Shown: piece after piece, positions 37,735 through 48,800 of the stretch
Position numbering within the stretch: position 1 is the stretch's first letter
Layout: every line of letters begins with the position of its first letter
NCBI GenBank assembly: GCA_963739615.1
Contig: CAVUBD010000001.1
Coordinates: 44,590 to 108,589 of the forward strand
DNA length: 64,000 bases
Reading direction: 5' to 3'
From: an uncultured Actinomycetes bacterium
Lineage (GTDB): Bacteria > Actinomycetota > Actinomycetes > Streptosporangiales > Streptosporangiaceae
Position numbers and translations under genes: made by a program
The notes under the pieces: generated by a model
What the model was told of the DNA's origin: nothing
What the model saw: only the letters and a program-made list of their open reading frames with translations
Databases searched by the model: none

Positions 37735-38083
37735 TGAGTGTCCCGGCCCACATCCGGCCGGTCTCCGCCACGGTCAGATCCGACGGGAACCCGCCCTCCT
37801 GCAGCATGATCCCCATCCGGCGCCGGACCAGGGCCCGCTCCCGCAAGGGGTCACAGCCCAGCACCCGGACAGCGCCCCGGGCCGGGGGCGCCAGTCCCTC
37901 CAGCACCTCCATCGCCGAGGTCTTCCCGGCCCCGTTGGTGCCCAGCAACGCGAAGAGCTCCCCGCGGCGCACCGAGAAGGTGACCCCCCGGACCGCATCA
38001 AAACCCCGGCCACCCGGGCCGCCGTAGCGCCGCCGCAAGTCCCTGACCGTGATAACGCCGTTGTCGTTCATGTCAGCCAGCAT
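37649..38083 (-). pseudogene. ABC transporter ATP-binding protein, N-terminal half only
   Basis: Walker A GTNGAGKTS and a Q-loop are present. The LSGGQ signature, Walker B and H-loop are absent (144 aa). Confidence 0.75.
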
Positions 38084-38096
38084 CCCTCCGGACCCG

Positions 38097-38354
38097 TCAG
38101 CGGGATCGTGACATCCGAGACCCCCGGATGCTGGAGGCGGTCGCGGCGGCGATGGTGATGGTCATCAGCACCCAGGACCACGTGGCATTCTGGCTGGCGG
38201 ACGCGAACCACCCGTCCCACACCAGCGCCCCGGTCAGGACAAGAACGAACGCCACCAGCAACAGGCGCACGCTGGGCTTCTCCTCGGTCCAGCGGCGCAT
38301 CCGGGCAGTACCGGCACGATCATCCTGAGATCCAGCGCGTTGCGGGTTCTTCAT
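38097..38354 (-). CDS. Small membrane protein (two predicted TM helices)
   Basis: 85 aa. VRLLLVAFVLVLTGALVW and WSWVLMTITIAAATA hydrophobic segments. Lies upstream of the ABC/TCS module. Confidence 0.5.
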   Translation of the reverse strand: MKNPQRAGSQDDRAGTARMRRWTEEKPSVRLLLVAFVLVLTGALVWDGWFASASQNATWSWVLMTITIAAATASSIRGSRMSRSR

Positions 38355-38522
38355 GGCAGACTCCGTTCAGTCACGTCCCGGGATGAGCCCGGGCTCATAG
38401 GTCCAGCATCGCGGCGAACCGGGATTCCCGCCCGTGCCCGCCATCACCAGTCCCGGTGACATCCGCCCGGGCCGGCCATGACAAATCACACGTCCCGCGC
38501 CTGGATCCCCTTGCGGGCGACG

Positions 38523-40072
38523 TCAGAACTCTCCGTCGTCCTCGCCATCGCGTGCGTTCGGGTCGCGCAGCGGCCGCAGCTCTGCAGGCGGCTGGGTGGT
38601 GAAGGCGTAGCGACCCAGGCAGTTGAGGTGCGCGTGCCCGAGCGGGGACAGCCGGGCGGCAGCCTCGTCGCGCACGGGCTGGCCGCTGCCGCGCAGGCTC
38701 TCCACGATGGCGTCGAGGTAACGGGTATTCCACAGCACGACGGCGTTGCGGACCAGGCCGAGGGCGGCGAGCTGATCTTCTTGGCCTTCGCGGTAGGCCT
38801 GCCGGATCTGGCCGCGGTGGCCGTGGCAGATCTTGCGGCCGAGGCGGTGGCGGGATTCCTGCACGGTGAGTTGCCGGTTCATCCGCCGCTGGCAGCTGCC
38901 GTCAACGGGGTCGGCGAGCGCGAGCAGGTGCAGGGTCTTGGCGATCCGGCCGTACTCGATGAACGCCTGCCCGAGCGGGGTGGGGTGTCCGTCGCGGCCG
39001 AACATCCGCAACAAGTCGCAGGCGCGGACCTGGTTGGTGACCAGCGACCCGGCCACGCGCAGCATGTCTGGCCATTGGGTGGCGATCTTGGCGACGTTGA
39101 CCGTGTTGCGGGCGGTCGGCTCCAGCGGGCCGTAGCCGCCGATCGCCTGCTGCCCGGGTGACAGGTCGACATTGGCCGGTAGCGGTTCGGGCAGCGCCGC
39201 GCGCCAGTATCGCTGATCGGGCAGGTCCGCGAAGCGGTAGTTCAGAATCGCGAACACGCCGAAGACCATGTCGCTGCAGGAGGCGTTGCCGGTGGCCACG
39301 ACCCCGGGCTTCGGACCGGCGTCGAGGTTGAGCAGGGTGTCCAGGATGAACAGCGAGTCACGCGGGTGCCGGGCACCACCATCTGCCCGATGCCGGCGAC
39401 TTGGTCGTTGACCGCGTTGAGCCAGCTGATGCCGCGTTTGCAGCCGAAGTACTTCGGCGACGGGCCGGCGTTGATGGTGCGAACGGGCACGACGAACCGC
39501 AGCCCGCCGACCGAGGCGAGTAGCCCACCGCCCCAGGCGCGCGCGATCGGGATCTGTGCCTGTGCGCCGATGAGCACCCCGCTGGCGGCGGCATGGTTCT
39601 CCGCGCGCACGTAGTACTGGTCCACGTGCGCGAGCCGGGCGCGGCTCAACGCCGGCTCACCGGGCTTGATCACGGGGGTCAGCCCGACGTTGCAGGCCTC
39701 GGCCACCAGCAGCGCCGCCACGCTCACCGAGAGGTCCTTGGTGCGCGCCGGGACGTCCGCGAGGTGGGTGTAAGCGTCCAGGAACCCGGTCCAGGCGTGC
39801 ACCTCCAGCAGCAGTTCAGGCAGGTCGACGCGCGGCATCATCGTCTGCGCCGTCGCACGCAGCCAGACCAGGCTGTCGGGTTCGCCGAGCGCGTCAAGGT
39901 GGTCGACGACCAGCCGGGCGCGGCCATTCGGGCCGGGCACGACCCTGGCCCGCGCGTCGTCGCCGGCTTCCCCAACGCGGGCTGCGGTCTGCTTCCACGC
40001 CGCGTCCAGCGTGATCAGCTGACGGGCCAGGTGCGCCGGCGCCGGGTCGGTGAGACTGAGCCCAGCCAGCAC
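38523..40072 (-). pseudogene. Tn3-family transposase, C-terminal ~550 aa only and frameshifted near 39300-39360
   Basis: ORFs 39242-40072 and 38523-39299 together read as a Tn3 DDE domain (LLASVGGLRFVVP, GIGQMVVPGT, ATGNASCSDMVFGVF, NAVVLWNTRYLD). The N-terminal half is absent. Confidence 0.8.
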
Positions 40073-40470
40073 GTCCTCGCGGACCGCCTCCCACCGCTGC
40101 CCGTCGAGCAGCAGCGCTCAGCAGGCTCACCCACCACCGCCCCGACGGCCGGGCCGATCACCCCCGCAAGGGTCAGGCCTTTGTCTTCCATCGTCCTCCC
40201 AGCCGAAGTGCCTCCAGTGGACGCGCTCGATGAAGAGCAGGGGAACGCCGGTGGTCAGAGATAATCCACAGCCTGCTATCGGGAGCCTGGCGACTATGCC
40301 ACAGGCCAGGCGGTAATCGCGGGCGTCGACGGCCTACGGTGTCGGGGGGCGCGAAGGCTGCGAAGGCCCCGGTTCTGCTCAGCCGCTGGATCGTCTGGTT
40401 CGGCTGTCGGCTCATCCGACGCGGCCACGGCCGTGGCTGGGTGGTCCACTCGCGCGTGGTGCCTCCGGGC

Positions 40471-40998
40471 CTATCCGGCGTCTTCGTCCTCTGCGGTGTT
40501 CTCGCACCGTCGCGATTCCCGGACACTGTATGCGATGGTCACCAGCACGGTCAGGCCCCCGATGGCCACGCCCACGCCGGTTGCCACGCCGGAAAATGGC
40601 AGGAGGTCCGTGCATACCAGCACAGCGCCGAGGCCGACGGCGCCAACGCCGAAAAGAACGGTACAGGCGGTGGAAACGCGGCTGGCTGCGGCCTTGAGGG
40701 CCGCCGAGCGGGCGCGTGCCTGCACGGCCGCGAGATAGCGTCTGGCCCACCGGTACTCGACGGCGAAGACGGACAGCGCGAGCGCTATGACCAGCAAGCC
40801 AGGCCCGGGTGCGACCAGAAGCACCGCCCCGACGGCGAAGATCACGATGCCCGCAACGGTGACCGCGATCCGCCGGAGCAGCCTTACCAGGTCCTTCACG
40901 TCTGCAAGCATGCCAGCATACTGATGACGATCTGGCATTCGGGATAGCACGGCGAAGCGGATGGGACGCGCGATCACCACCGTGATGAACCTGGGCAC
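40471..40998 (-). CDS. PGPGW-motif transmembrane protein
   Basis: LLVAPGPGLLVIALALSVFAVEYRWARR. The start is uncertain; an internal Met is at 40911. Confidence 0.65.
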   Translation of the reverse strand: MPRFITVVIARPIRFAVLSRMPDRHQYAGMLADVKDLVRLLRRIAVTVAGIVIFAVGAVLLVAPGPGLLVIALALSVFAVEYRWARRYLAAVQARARSAALKAAASRVSTACTVLFGVGAVGLGAVLVCTDLLPFSGVATGVGVAIGGLTVLVTIAYSVRESRRCENTAEDEDAG

Positions 40999-41081
40999 GC
41001 TGGACGGGCAAGCCGCACCTCACCTTTGCACATTGCGCGTCGATGCCTGGGTTTTGCGGACGTGCGGTTGAGGCGGCTGTG

Positions 41082-41591
41082 TCAGGTGGTGAAGCGGTAC
41101 CGGGTTTGGCTGTAGGGGCTCTTGCCGAACGCGAGGACCTTGGCCGGTTCGACGCCGAAGACGAGTCCGGTCCTGTCGGCGGGGTCGCGGAACCCGTCGT
41201 CGGTGACCTGGAAGTCCCAGTCGAGCTTGGACTTCCAGATCGCCGCCAGGCGTTCAAGCTGGGCCGGGCCGGTGATGCGGGCGGCGCTTCCCTCGACTAC
41301 CACGTCGAGCCCGGATCGGAACTGGTTGGCGCCTGCAGTGAGAATGCATCGGGGGTTGGACTGCAGGTTTTTGGTCTTCTGCTCATGGGAGCCGGTGCAG
41401 AAGTGAAGCGTTCCGTCGAGCCAGATGGCCGGGAGAGGCGTGACGTGCGGCCGCCCGTCACGGCGCACGGTGGACAGCCAGAACATCTCGGAGTTCGACA
41501 GAGCCTCGGCTACCTCGGCCCACGGTCGGGCTGCGGCGCCGGGCTCGCTGAACCCTGCGTTGAGTTCTGCGGTCGGTTCGGTCTGGGGCAT
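41082..41591 (-). CDS. Pyridoxamine 5'-phosphate oxidase-family (split-barrel flavin/deazaflavin-binding) protein
   Basis: 169 aa. MFWLSTVRRDGRPHVTPL...DGTLHFCTG pattern. Confidence 0.8.
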   Translation of the reverse strand: MPQTEPTAELNAGFSEPGAAARPWAEVAEALSNSEMFWLSTVRRDGRPHVTPLPAIWLDGTLHFCTGSHEQKTKNLQSNPRCILTAGANQFRSGLDVVVEGSAARITGPAQLERLAAIWKSKLDWDFQVTDDGFRDPADRTGLVFGVEPAKVLAFGKSPYSQTRYRFTT

Positions 41592-41809
41592 CAGCGTTCT
41601 CCTGTACCGGTTTCGCGGTCGCTCTTCCTGGGTGGACGTCGTGCCCGGGCGGAATTCATCGCCGTGACCAGGGTGTCATGGCTGCGCCGGCCGCGGGCAC
41701 CCCGGCCTGCAGCCAGGGCGTGTCGCCTAATGCGCTCAGCCAGAGTGTGATGGCTCGCAAGACGGCTCCGTGGAGTCCGCGCTCACTGCCGAATCGGTAC
41801 TCTTGCGCA

Positions 41810-42370
<561 letters not shown>

Positions 42371-42382
<12 letters not shown>

Positions 42383-42565
42383 CCAGGTGAGGATCGCGCA
42401 GAGTGTGAGCACGGCACAGTCGATCTTCCCGACGCCGTCCGCTTCGGCCAGCACCCGCGTAAAGACGCGATCCCAGGTGCCGTCACCGGCGTAGCGGCGG
42501 TGACGCTTCCACACCGTCTGCCACGGCCCGAACTCATCGCGCGGCAGATCACGCCACGCCCTAGT
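42371..42565 (-). pseudogene. Remnant of an IS5-family transposase (DUF4096 N-terminal piece fused to the extreme C-terminus)
   Basis: Reverse translation gives WRDLPRDEFGPWQTVWKRHRRYAGDGTWDRVFTRVLAEADGVGKID|CAVLTLCAILTWL. It has no start codon and overlaps the stop of the previous gene. Confidence 0.6.
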
Positions 42566-42601
42566 AACCCCCCGCTATCGAAGATCGTTGGGCTTTCACC
42601 C

Positions 42602-43018
42602 ATGCCGTCCGAGGATCTGCCGGCCGCGGAGTTTGCCTTCCCGGGACCACTGCGCGATCAGTTCGTCGCCGCGATCGTGGCGGGTGGCAAGACCACGACG
42701 ACCGGCCTGATGGCAGATTACGAGAATGACGGCGACCTGCTGCCTCGCCCTGGACAGCGGCAAGCGGTGGTCGACTCCGCTGGCGAGCCGGTCGCGGTGA
42801 TCGAGACGACCGCGGTGCGGGTGATCCGCCTGGGCGATGTGGACCTGGCTCACGCGCTGGGCGAGGGTGAGGGATATACCTCGGTCGCAGAATGGCGGAC
42901 CGGGCACGAGCGATTCTGGCACTCAGCGGAAATGCGGGAAGCCCTGGGCGACCCCGAATTCGCGGTCGACGACGACACGCTCGTGGTGGCCGAGACGTTC
43001 CGGCTAGTGGAAAACTAG
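42602..43018 (+). CDS. ASCH-domain protein
   Basis: 138 aa. GGKTTTTGL...VIRLGDVDLAHALGEGEGYTSVAEWRTGHERFW. Confidence 0.75.
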   Translation: MPSEDLPAAEFAFPGPLRDQFVAAIVAGGKTTTTGLMADYENDGDLLPRPGQRQAVVDSAGEPVAVIETTAVRVIRLGDVDLAHALGEGEGYTSVAEWRTGHERFWHSAEMREALGDPEFAVDDDTLVVAETFRLVEN

Positions 43019-43037
43019 CGGTCACGCCGAACGTTCG

Positions 43038-43310
43038 GTGATGCCGCACCGAGAAGAGCACGGCCACCGGGTGCTGCGCGTGTGCGGCAAAGGCACCAAG
43101 GTCGTCCTGGTCCCGCTGCCGCCAGCCGTCGGGCGGGCCATCGACCGCGCCATCGGATCCCGCAGTCGGGGGCCTATCCTGCTCAACAGCCGCGGCGCCC
43201 GGATGGACCGCCACGCGGCTACCCGGCGCCTGCGGCGCCTCGCCGGAACGGCCGGCATACCGGTAACCAGGGCGCATCCGCGCATGCTTCGCCATATCTT
43301 CGTTCATCAC
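43038..43310 (+). pseudogene. Internal fragment of a tyrosine recombinase/integrase
   Basis: HGHRVLRVCGKGTKVVLVPLPPAVGRAIDRAIG...HPRMLRHIF covers box I-II up to the catalytic His/Arg region. N-terminus and the catalytic Tyr region are missing. Confidence 0.7.
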
Positions 43311-43389
43311 GAGCTCGCTTCACCGCTTACTCTTCTGCCGGGCACACCGCATGACCCTGATCGTCATGCCCCGGGCCGCCACGAATGCC

Positions 43390-43556
43390 GCGTTTCCGCG
43401 GAAACGCTTTGTGCAACTTTTCACAAGCCGTTTCCGCGGAGACGCGCATCGGTCCTCAGACAGCGCGGGAACGTCATGCCGCGGACAGGACGCGCTGGCC
43501 GCCAGGCCGGTGAAAGCGCTTCGTGCATAATTTCACAAGCCGTTTCCGCGGAAACG
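43390..43556. repeat. Tandem ~111-bp repeat carrying three GTTTCCGCGGAAAC-type palindromes
   Basis: Perfect 18-bp palindrome GCGTTTCCGCGGAAACGC at 43390-43407; variants at 43429-43444 and 43541-43556. TTCACAAGCCGTTTCCGCGGA is repeated at 43420-43440 and 43532-43552. Confidence 0.8.
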
Positions 43557-43655
43557 CTCCTCTGCTCGCGGGCAGCGTGGGGATCGTCCTGTCATGCCGC
43601 GTACCGGGCAGCTGTAACCATCCGCTAACGTCTGGTCATGCCTTTGCGCGGACGG

Positions 43656-43937
43656 CTAGAGTCGCTGCGGCCGGTAGATGTCGGAGCGGTGCTCGATAGC
43701 TATGACGGTGACCAGGCGCCGCTCGTCGTCAATGCGGTAGATAACGCGATAATCGCCGCGCCGGGCGCTGTGCAGTCCCTCGAGACCGAGTTTCAGCGGC
43801 TTGCCGACTCGGTGCGGGCTGGCGGCCAGCGAGCCATAAAGGAACTCCACGACTACGGCCGCCACTTTCTCCGGCAGCCTGGTCAGTGCCCGGCGTGCCG
43901 CAGCGGTCCACGCGATCGCGAAATCGCTACCGCTCAC
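43656..43937 (-). CDS. RelE/ParE-family type II toxin
   Basis: 93 aa. GDYRVIYRIDDERRLVTVIAIEHRSDIYR. GTG start overlaps the antitoxin stop (GTGA). Confidence 0.85.
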   Translation of the reverse strand: MSGSDFAIAWTAAARRALTRLPEKVAAVVVEFLYGSLAASPHRVGKPLKLGLEGLHSARRGDYRVIYRIDDERRLVTVIAIEHRSDIYRPQRL

Positions 43938-44218
43938 CGGCCAGAGATCAGGCGCAGGGCATCCGCTTTGGTGAGCACTGCTGGCTCGCCGGCTTCCAAC
44001 TCTGCGAGGCTTTCGCGGATATCGCTGAGCAGTGCGGCGCTGTCCATGATGTCGAGTGTTTCCTCAAGCGACTCGAGATCTTCCACGCTCATGACCACGG
44101 CGGCGGGGTGGCCGTGCCGTGTGATGATGACCCGGCCATGCTCTCGCTGCAGCCGGTCCACGACCTCTGACAGGTGGTTCTTGACGTCGGCAAGCGGCAT
44201 CTGCTCAGACACTGACAT
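43934..44218 (-). CDS. Phd/YefM-family antitoxin
   Basis: Start trimmed to MSVSEQMPLADVKNHLSEVVDRL...ITRHGHPAAVVMSVEDLESLEETLD. Confidence 0.85.
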   Translation of the reverse strand: MSVSEQMPLADVKNHLSEVVDRLQREHGRVIITRHGHPAAVVMSVEDLESLEETLDIMDSAALLSDIRESLAELEAGEPAVLTKADALRLISGR

Positions 44219-44620
44219 GGCTATAAGTATAGCCAATTTACTCGCTGGCCGCCATCCGGCGGACGTACCCATTTGCCGCATTCCGCGCGTCTGCCTGGTC
44301 AGTCGGGCTGGCGGGTGGTCATGGCGGCGGGCGGATCTGCCCGCGCGAGGGTGTCAGCGCGGCGCAAGGCTCACGGCTCGGTGTATCAGCGGGGGCGACG
44401 GGTTCCTCTGCACGGTTGGGGCAGCCGGCGGGCTGCCGGTACCGGGGGGGCTGCGGTGGCACGGTAGGGTCCAGGTTCGTTGTGACAGGCACGGAGTTGT
44501 CCCAGCAGCATCAGCACAGGCCGCGCCAGTGGTGCCGACCGCCCGTGGTATGCGTTAAGACCGGAGATCCCGCGTTTCCCGCGTTTTGTAATCAGTGACC
44601 TGCGTGCAAGGGAGAAGTGC

Positions 44621-45825
44621 TTGTCCGAGACACTTTCCGCCAAGGACGGGAAAGCCGCGGCCGGACCGGCCAGTGGCCGGGACCAGTTCCGGCATCACCA
44701 TTACGGAGCCATTGCTGACCTGCGGCGTACCGGGATCAATCCGGATTTCTGGTACCCGGTCGCTGTATCCGGGAGCGTCCGGAAGAAAAAGACGTTCGCT
44801 GCCACGTTCGCCGGTGAGCGGATCGCGCTGTATCGCGGCGAGAGCGGCACGGTGTACGCGCTGGAGGACCGGTGCGCCCACCGGCAGGTACCGCTGAGCA
44901 TGGGCGTCGTGGAAGGCGACGCGCTGCGCTGCTGCTATCACGCCTGGGCCTACCGCGGGAACGGCCGCATCTCGCAGATACCGTACCTGCCCAAGGGCGT
45001 CGGCCGGCCGCCGCGCGGCGTCCGCGCCTATCCGGTCCGCGAAGCCTACGGCTTGGTGTTCGTCTTCCCGGGGATCCGCAGAAGGCGGACACCACAGCGC
45101 TACCCGAGCTGCCGGAGTTCGATTCCGCCAGGCACAAGACCATGACGTTCTCCCGCACCGTCCGCTGCCACTACTCGTTCATGCACGAGAATCTCCTGGA
45201 CATGAACCACCAGTTCCTGCACCGGGGCATCCTCGGCAAGATCCAGCCCACGCTCCTCGGCTATGACACCGGCCCGCACTCTGTGGAGGCCCGGTACCTA
45301 TTCACCCATGCCGGCGGGAAGAGGAACCGCGGCGCTGGCCTGCTCGCCGCCGACGGCATCGGCGGCGGCAAATCGCCCGACGTCATCACCATCCGCACCG
45401 CCTACCCCTACCAGACCCTCCAGTTGGTCCCCCAGAACGCCGAACTTCCGGCGTTCTCTCTCTGGGTGGCCTACGTCCCGGAGGATGCCGGGCAGCGCAC
45501 CAATCACGTCTACGGCCTGCTCATGATCGAGAAGCCGCCGATCCCGGGCGCCCTGCAACTGGCCTGGCCGCTCATCCGGCGCTTCACCGAGCGCGTGTTC
45601 GCCGAGGACCGGATGGCGGTCGAGGCCGAGCAGCGGGCCTGGGACGAACAAGGCGAGGACTGGAACCACGAGGTCTTCCCGCTGATCATCGATGTCCGCG
45701 ACGTGCTGCGCACCAATGGCGTCCCGATCCGCCCCGAATCCGCCCTGTGCGGCGCCGCCGCGTTCTGCGGCAACTCACCGCCGGCCAGCACGACACCACC
45801 CGCCCGACCGGACCCGCCCGGCTGA
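44621..45825 (+). pseudogene. Rieske [2Fe-2S] non-haem-iron oxygenase, split by a frameshift at about 45067-45073
   Basis: CAHRQ...CCYHAW Rieske ligands are in ORF 44621-45145. The catalytic domain (MHENLLDMNHQFLH) is in ORF 44872-45825. The junction FVFPG|DPQKAD lies in cccgggg. Possibly a sequencing indel. Confidence 0.8.
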
Positions 45826-46565
45826 CCCGCCGGGCCGGACCGCCGGCACCGGTTTCCTCAGTCGCGGTCAGACCGGACGGGCGGGACCCCAGCCGCCGGA
45901 GCAGCGACCCGGCACGGCTGCCGAACCTCAACGTCGATCAGGCCGCCGACCCGATCTGCGCCACTGCTAGCGACAACTTCACCCGAAGCAGCGGGCCACA
46001 TACACCCCCTAACTGCCTAGTGACTCACCATCCCGCCGCCCGCAGACTGTCGTGCCCGCGTTCGCCCCGGCACTGCACGCCAGCCGCCAGGTCAGACCTG
46101 AACCGGCCCGGGCGAGGCCGACGACCTGCCCGGAACTGGCCGATATGCGCCCGGTTCCAGCTTGACATCACGGGCATTGAAGGACGCGCCGATTCGGCAT
46201 CGATCCGTTCCTCAGGTAGGAGAGCTAGCAGGTTACTCTCCGTGGTCAACCTGGTCTGCTGCCCGCCACCAGCGTGGAGCTTGCCTGGCTGGACCTTGCT
46301 CCGCGTGGCCCGGCCGACCAGCTCCTGGGCCGCGCCGGACGGCTGGACCTGCTTGAACGCTGCCGGGCGATGGTCGCCGCGGCGGCAAGTCACGGCTTGG
46401 GGCCCGGCCGCGGGCTGCAGTCCGGCACCACCCGCGCCGGGCATTCCAGCTGTCCTTTTCCCGGCGGCGACTGGCAGGACGTCCGGCCCTGGCGGGATCT
46501 GCCGCGCGCGGGGAGGATAAAGCCGCCCGGAGGGCGGCCGGGCACGGGAGAAAGGGGGGACGGCG

Positions 46566-47342
46566 GTGGCCGAGGTGATGATCCCGGGCCCAGGCGGGCG
46601 GCCGGCTTATCTTGCGGTGCCGGGCGGGCCGGGCCCGTGGCCCGGGGTAGTGGTCATCCACGATGCGCTGGGGATGAGCCAGGACCTGAGGAACCAGGCC
46701 GGCTGGCTGGCAGGGGCGGGATACCTGGCCGTGGCGCCGGACCTGTTCCACGGCCGGGGGACGGCGGCTTGCATGATCTCGATCATGCGCGACGCGCGCG
46801 CCCGGCGCGGCGGGGTGTTCGCCGACATCGAAGCCGTGCGCGCGTGGCTGGTGGCCAGGCAGGACTGCACCGGCATGACCGGCGTGATCGGCTACTGCAT
46901 GGGCGGCGGGCTCGCCCTGCTGCTGGCGCCGGACCGCGGGTACGCCGCCTCAAGCGTCAACTACGGCACCGCCTCCAAGCACGCCTACACCGCCGGCTTC
47001 CTCACCGGCGCGTGCCCCATCGTCGCGAGCTACGGCGGCAGGGACCGGTCGCTGCGGGGAGCGGCGGCCCGCCTGGAGGAGGCGCTGACGGCCGCGGGGG
47101 TCGAACACGACGTGAAGGAGTACCCGCAGGCCGGGCACGAGTTCCTCAATGACCACGCGGCAGCCGGGGACAAGGCGCCGGTCCTGTTCGCGGTCCTGGG
47201 CAGGCTCATGCCGGGATCGGGATACCATGAGGCCTCGGCGCAAGATGCCCGCCGCCGCATCCTCGCCTTCTTCAGCACGCACCTGCGCCCGCCCGGGACC
47301 GACCCTGACGGCCCGGCCGGCCAGGGCAACGCCGGGACGTAA
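46566..47342 (+). CDS. Dienelactone hydrolase-family protein
   Basis: 258 aa. VVVIHDALG, nucleophile elbow GYCMGG, and the GHEF histidine region. Confidence 0.85.
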   Translation: MAEVMIPGPGGRPAYLAVPGGPGPWPGVVVIHDALGMSQDLRNQAGWLAGAGYLAVAPDLFHGRGTAACMISIMRDARARRGGVFADIEAVRAWLVARQDCTGMTGVIGYCMGGGLALLLAPDRGYAASSVNYGTASKHAYTAGFLTGACPIVASYGGRDRSLRGAAARLEEALTAAGVEHDVKEYPQAGHEFLNDHAAAGDKAPVLFAVLGRLMPGSGYHEASAQDARRRILAFFSTHLRPPGTDPDGPAGQGNAGT

Positions 47343-47892
47343 CCGGAACCGGCACCGCACAGGCCCCGCCGATCACATAACCCAAAACACGGTCCTGACC
47401 AAAGCGCACGTGAACCGCCGTTCTGAACTGGACCGGTCCCTTCGGTCTGGCCGGCTGGAGGCGGGCAGATCGGGTTGATCTGGGTGCGTTCGCACGTCCG
47501 GTCTGGGCGGCGGAGCCCGGGGCCTGACGGTCAGCTTCGCCGTGCAATGAAGTCCGGTGGCTGCTGGGCATAGCGGTGGAAGCATCTGGATGGTCCGCTG
47601 GCAGACAGCAGTGGCGATCGCGTGGGTACGGCTCCCTGTCCTGGGGCGCTGCCGGGTTGGCCCGCCGAGTCCGGGAGCCGGGCGCCCGAAGCGATGATGT
47701 CCAGGACTCCTGCGAGTAACACAAAAACCCCACAACCCGGGTGCTCCACCGTCACATCGGCACCGTCTCAGAGGGTGGCAGGAACAAGGGCCTGCTCGTC
47801 ACCGGGGTGGTGTCAGCATGGTGGAGTCAGCATGGTGCTTCGCGGTTCTGACGATAGCCCGGCACGGCAGCCATCCGGGCGTGGACCGGGCT

Positions 47893-48525
47893 TTACCGAA
47901 CGCGCGGTGTTCGGGGTGCACGACCCGCGGCCAGCGACTGCGGGTTCAGTCCGCGCCGGGCCGCGAAGGTCTCGAAACTGGCCCGCTGGTCAGCTGTGGC
48001 CCGTTGCGCCGCATGCAGCCGCCCTGCGTCGGCCAGGCTGGGCCGCACCAGGTTGATGGCCCCGCCCAGCTTCGGGTCGGGCTCCGCCTGCAGGCCGTCG
48101 GCCCGGGCCAGGCGCCGGTTGACCTCGTCCTGGGATGGTCCCTGGGCCGGCATCACCCACAAGGGGCCGTCCACGCCCAGCTGGCAGGAGCAGTAATTAC
48201 CGCCCCAGGGCTGCGCCGCAGCGCGCAGGCCAGCGGCCAGGCTAGTACTGTCCCGTTCCACCTGGACGGCGTCGCTGCCGAGGGCGGCGCTGAACGCGCG
48301 GTGACCCTCGGCCATGACGGGATGCCCCTGACGCGCCGACGACTCATGGTTCTCTGTCCTATCGCGTTCGACATAGAAGGCGTGCAAGTGGGCGTGCTGC
48401 ACGTCCTGCCGGGGATTCCTGCTGATCGCCGCATCGGTGCTGCTGCCGGCCAGGATCCCGGTCGCGGCTTCTGTGTCACGCAGGTAGTCCAGGTTCGGTC
48501 CGCTGTCATTGGCGCAGAACACCAC
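47893..48525 (-). CDS. Hypothetical protein, possibly 5'-truncated or frameshifted
   Basis: 210 aa with good GC3. No motif I can name. The frame remains open upstream without a start codon (..AICRLCGHVVFC..). Confidence 0.5.
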   Translation of the reverse strand: MVFCANDSGPNLDYLRDTEAATGILAGSSTDAAISRNPRQDVQHAHLHAFYVERDRTENHESSARQGHPVMAEGHRAFSAALGSDAVQVERDSTSLAAGLRAAAQPWGGNYCSCQLGVDGPLWVMPAQGPSQDEVNRRLARADGLQAEPDPKLGGAINLVRPSLADAGRLHAAQRATADQRASFETFAARRGLNPQSLAAGRAPRTPRVR

Positions 48526-48800
48526 GTGCCCGCAGAGCCGGCAGATGGCCGTCTGTACGCCTCTGTCTATCCGGGACCAGCGATCTTGACGGATTTAGTG
48601 TTCGGACGAAAATCCACGAGCTGCCCTTTCTGGCCACCAGCCAGATCGTGCTTGTCATCACGCTGGGGCCTGCGGCAGCCCGGGCCGCAGAGCGGACACC
48701 AGCACTGTCCGCTACACGACACGGATCCGCCGAAGACCCTCTCGTCTAACATTCCGTCTAACACCGCGTTACAATCTGGCTGTGCGGGATCAGTAGATGC

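Noticed and set aside
38395-38522. Search for a Tn3-family 38-bp terminal inverted repeat (GGGG...TAAG type) next to the transposase stop.
   Set aside because: No convincing match was found by eye. Only a 16-bp palindrome, ATGAGCCCGGGCTCAT (38383-38398), is present, so no transposon end is reported.
43385-43610. The tandem palindrome-bearing repeats, and the 10-bp repeats at 13811-13850, as CRISPR arrays.
   Set aside because: There are only 2-4 units, no regular repeat-spacer architecture of 25-40 bp repeats with unique spacers, and no cas genes. The Cas4-like nuclease belongs to a different operon.
45747-46520. 257-aa ORF, and overlapping antisense ORFs, in the 45.8-46.5 kb gap.
   Set aside because: The translations are Pro/Arg/Ala-rich with no recognisable motif and inconsistent codon bias. 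The region is left unannotated; it could hold a degraded gene.
47343-47892. ORFs in the 550-bp convergent gap after the dienelactone hydrolase gene (for example 47272-47733(-) and 47622-48056(+)).
   Set aside because: No motifs and low-complexity translations. No clear terminator hairpin with a T-tract was seen either, so nothing is called.
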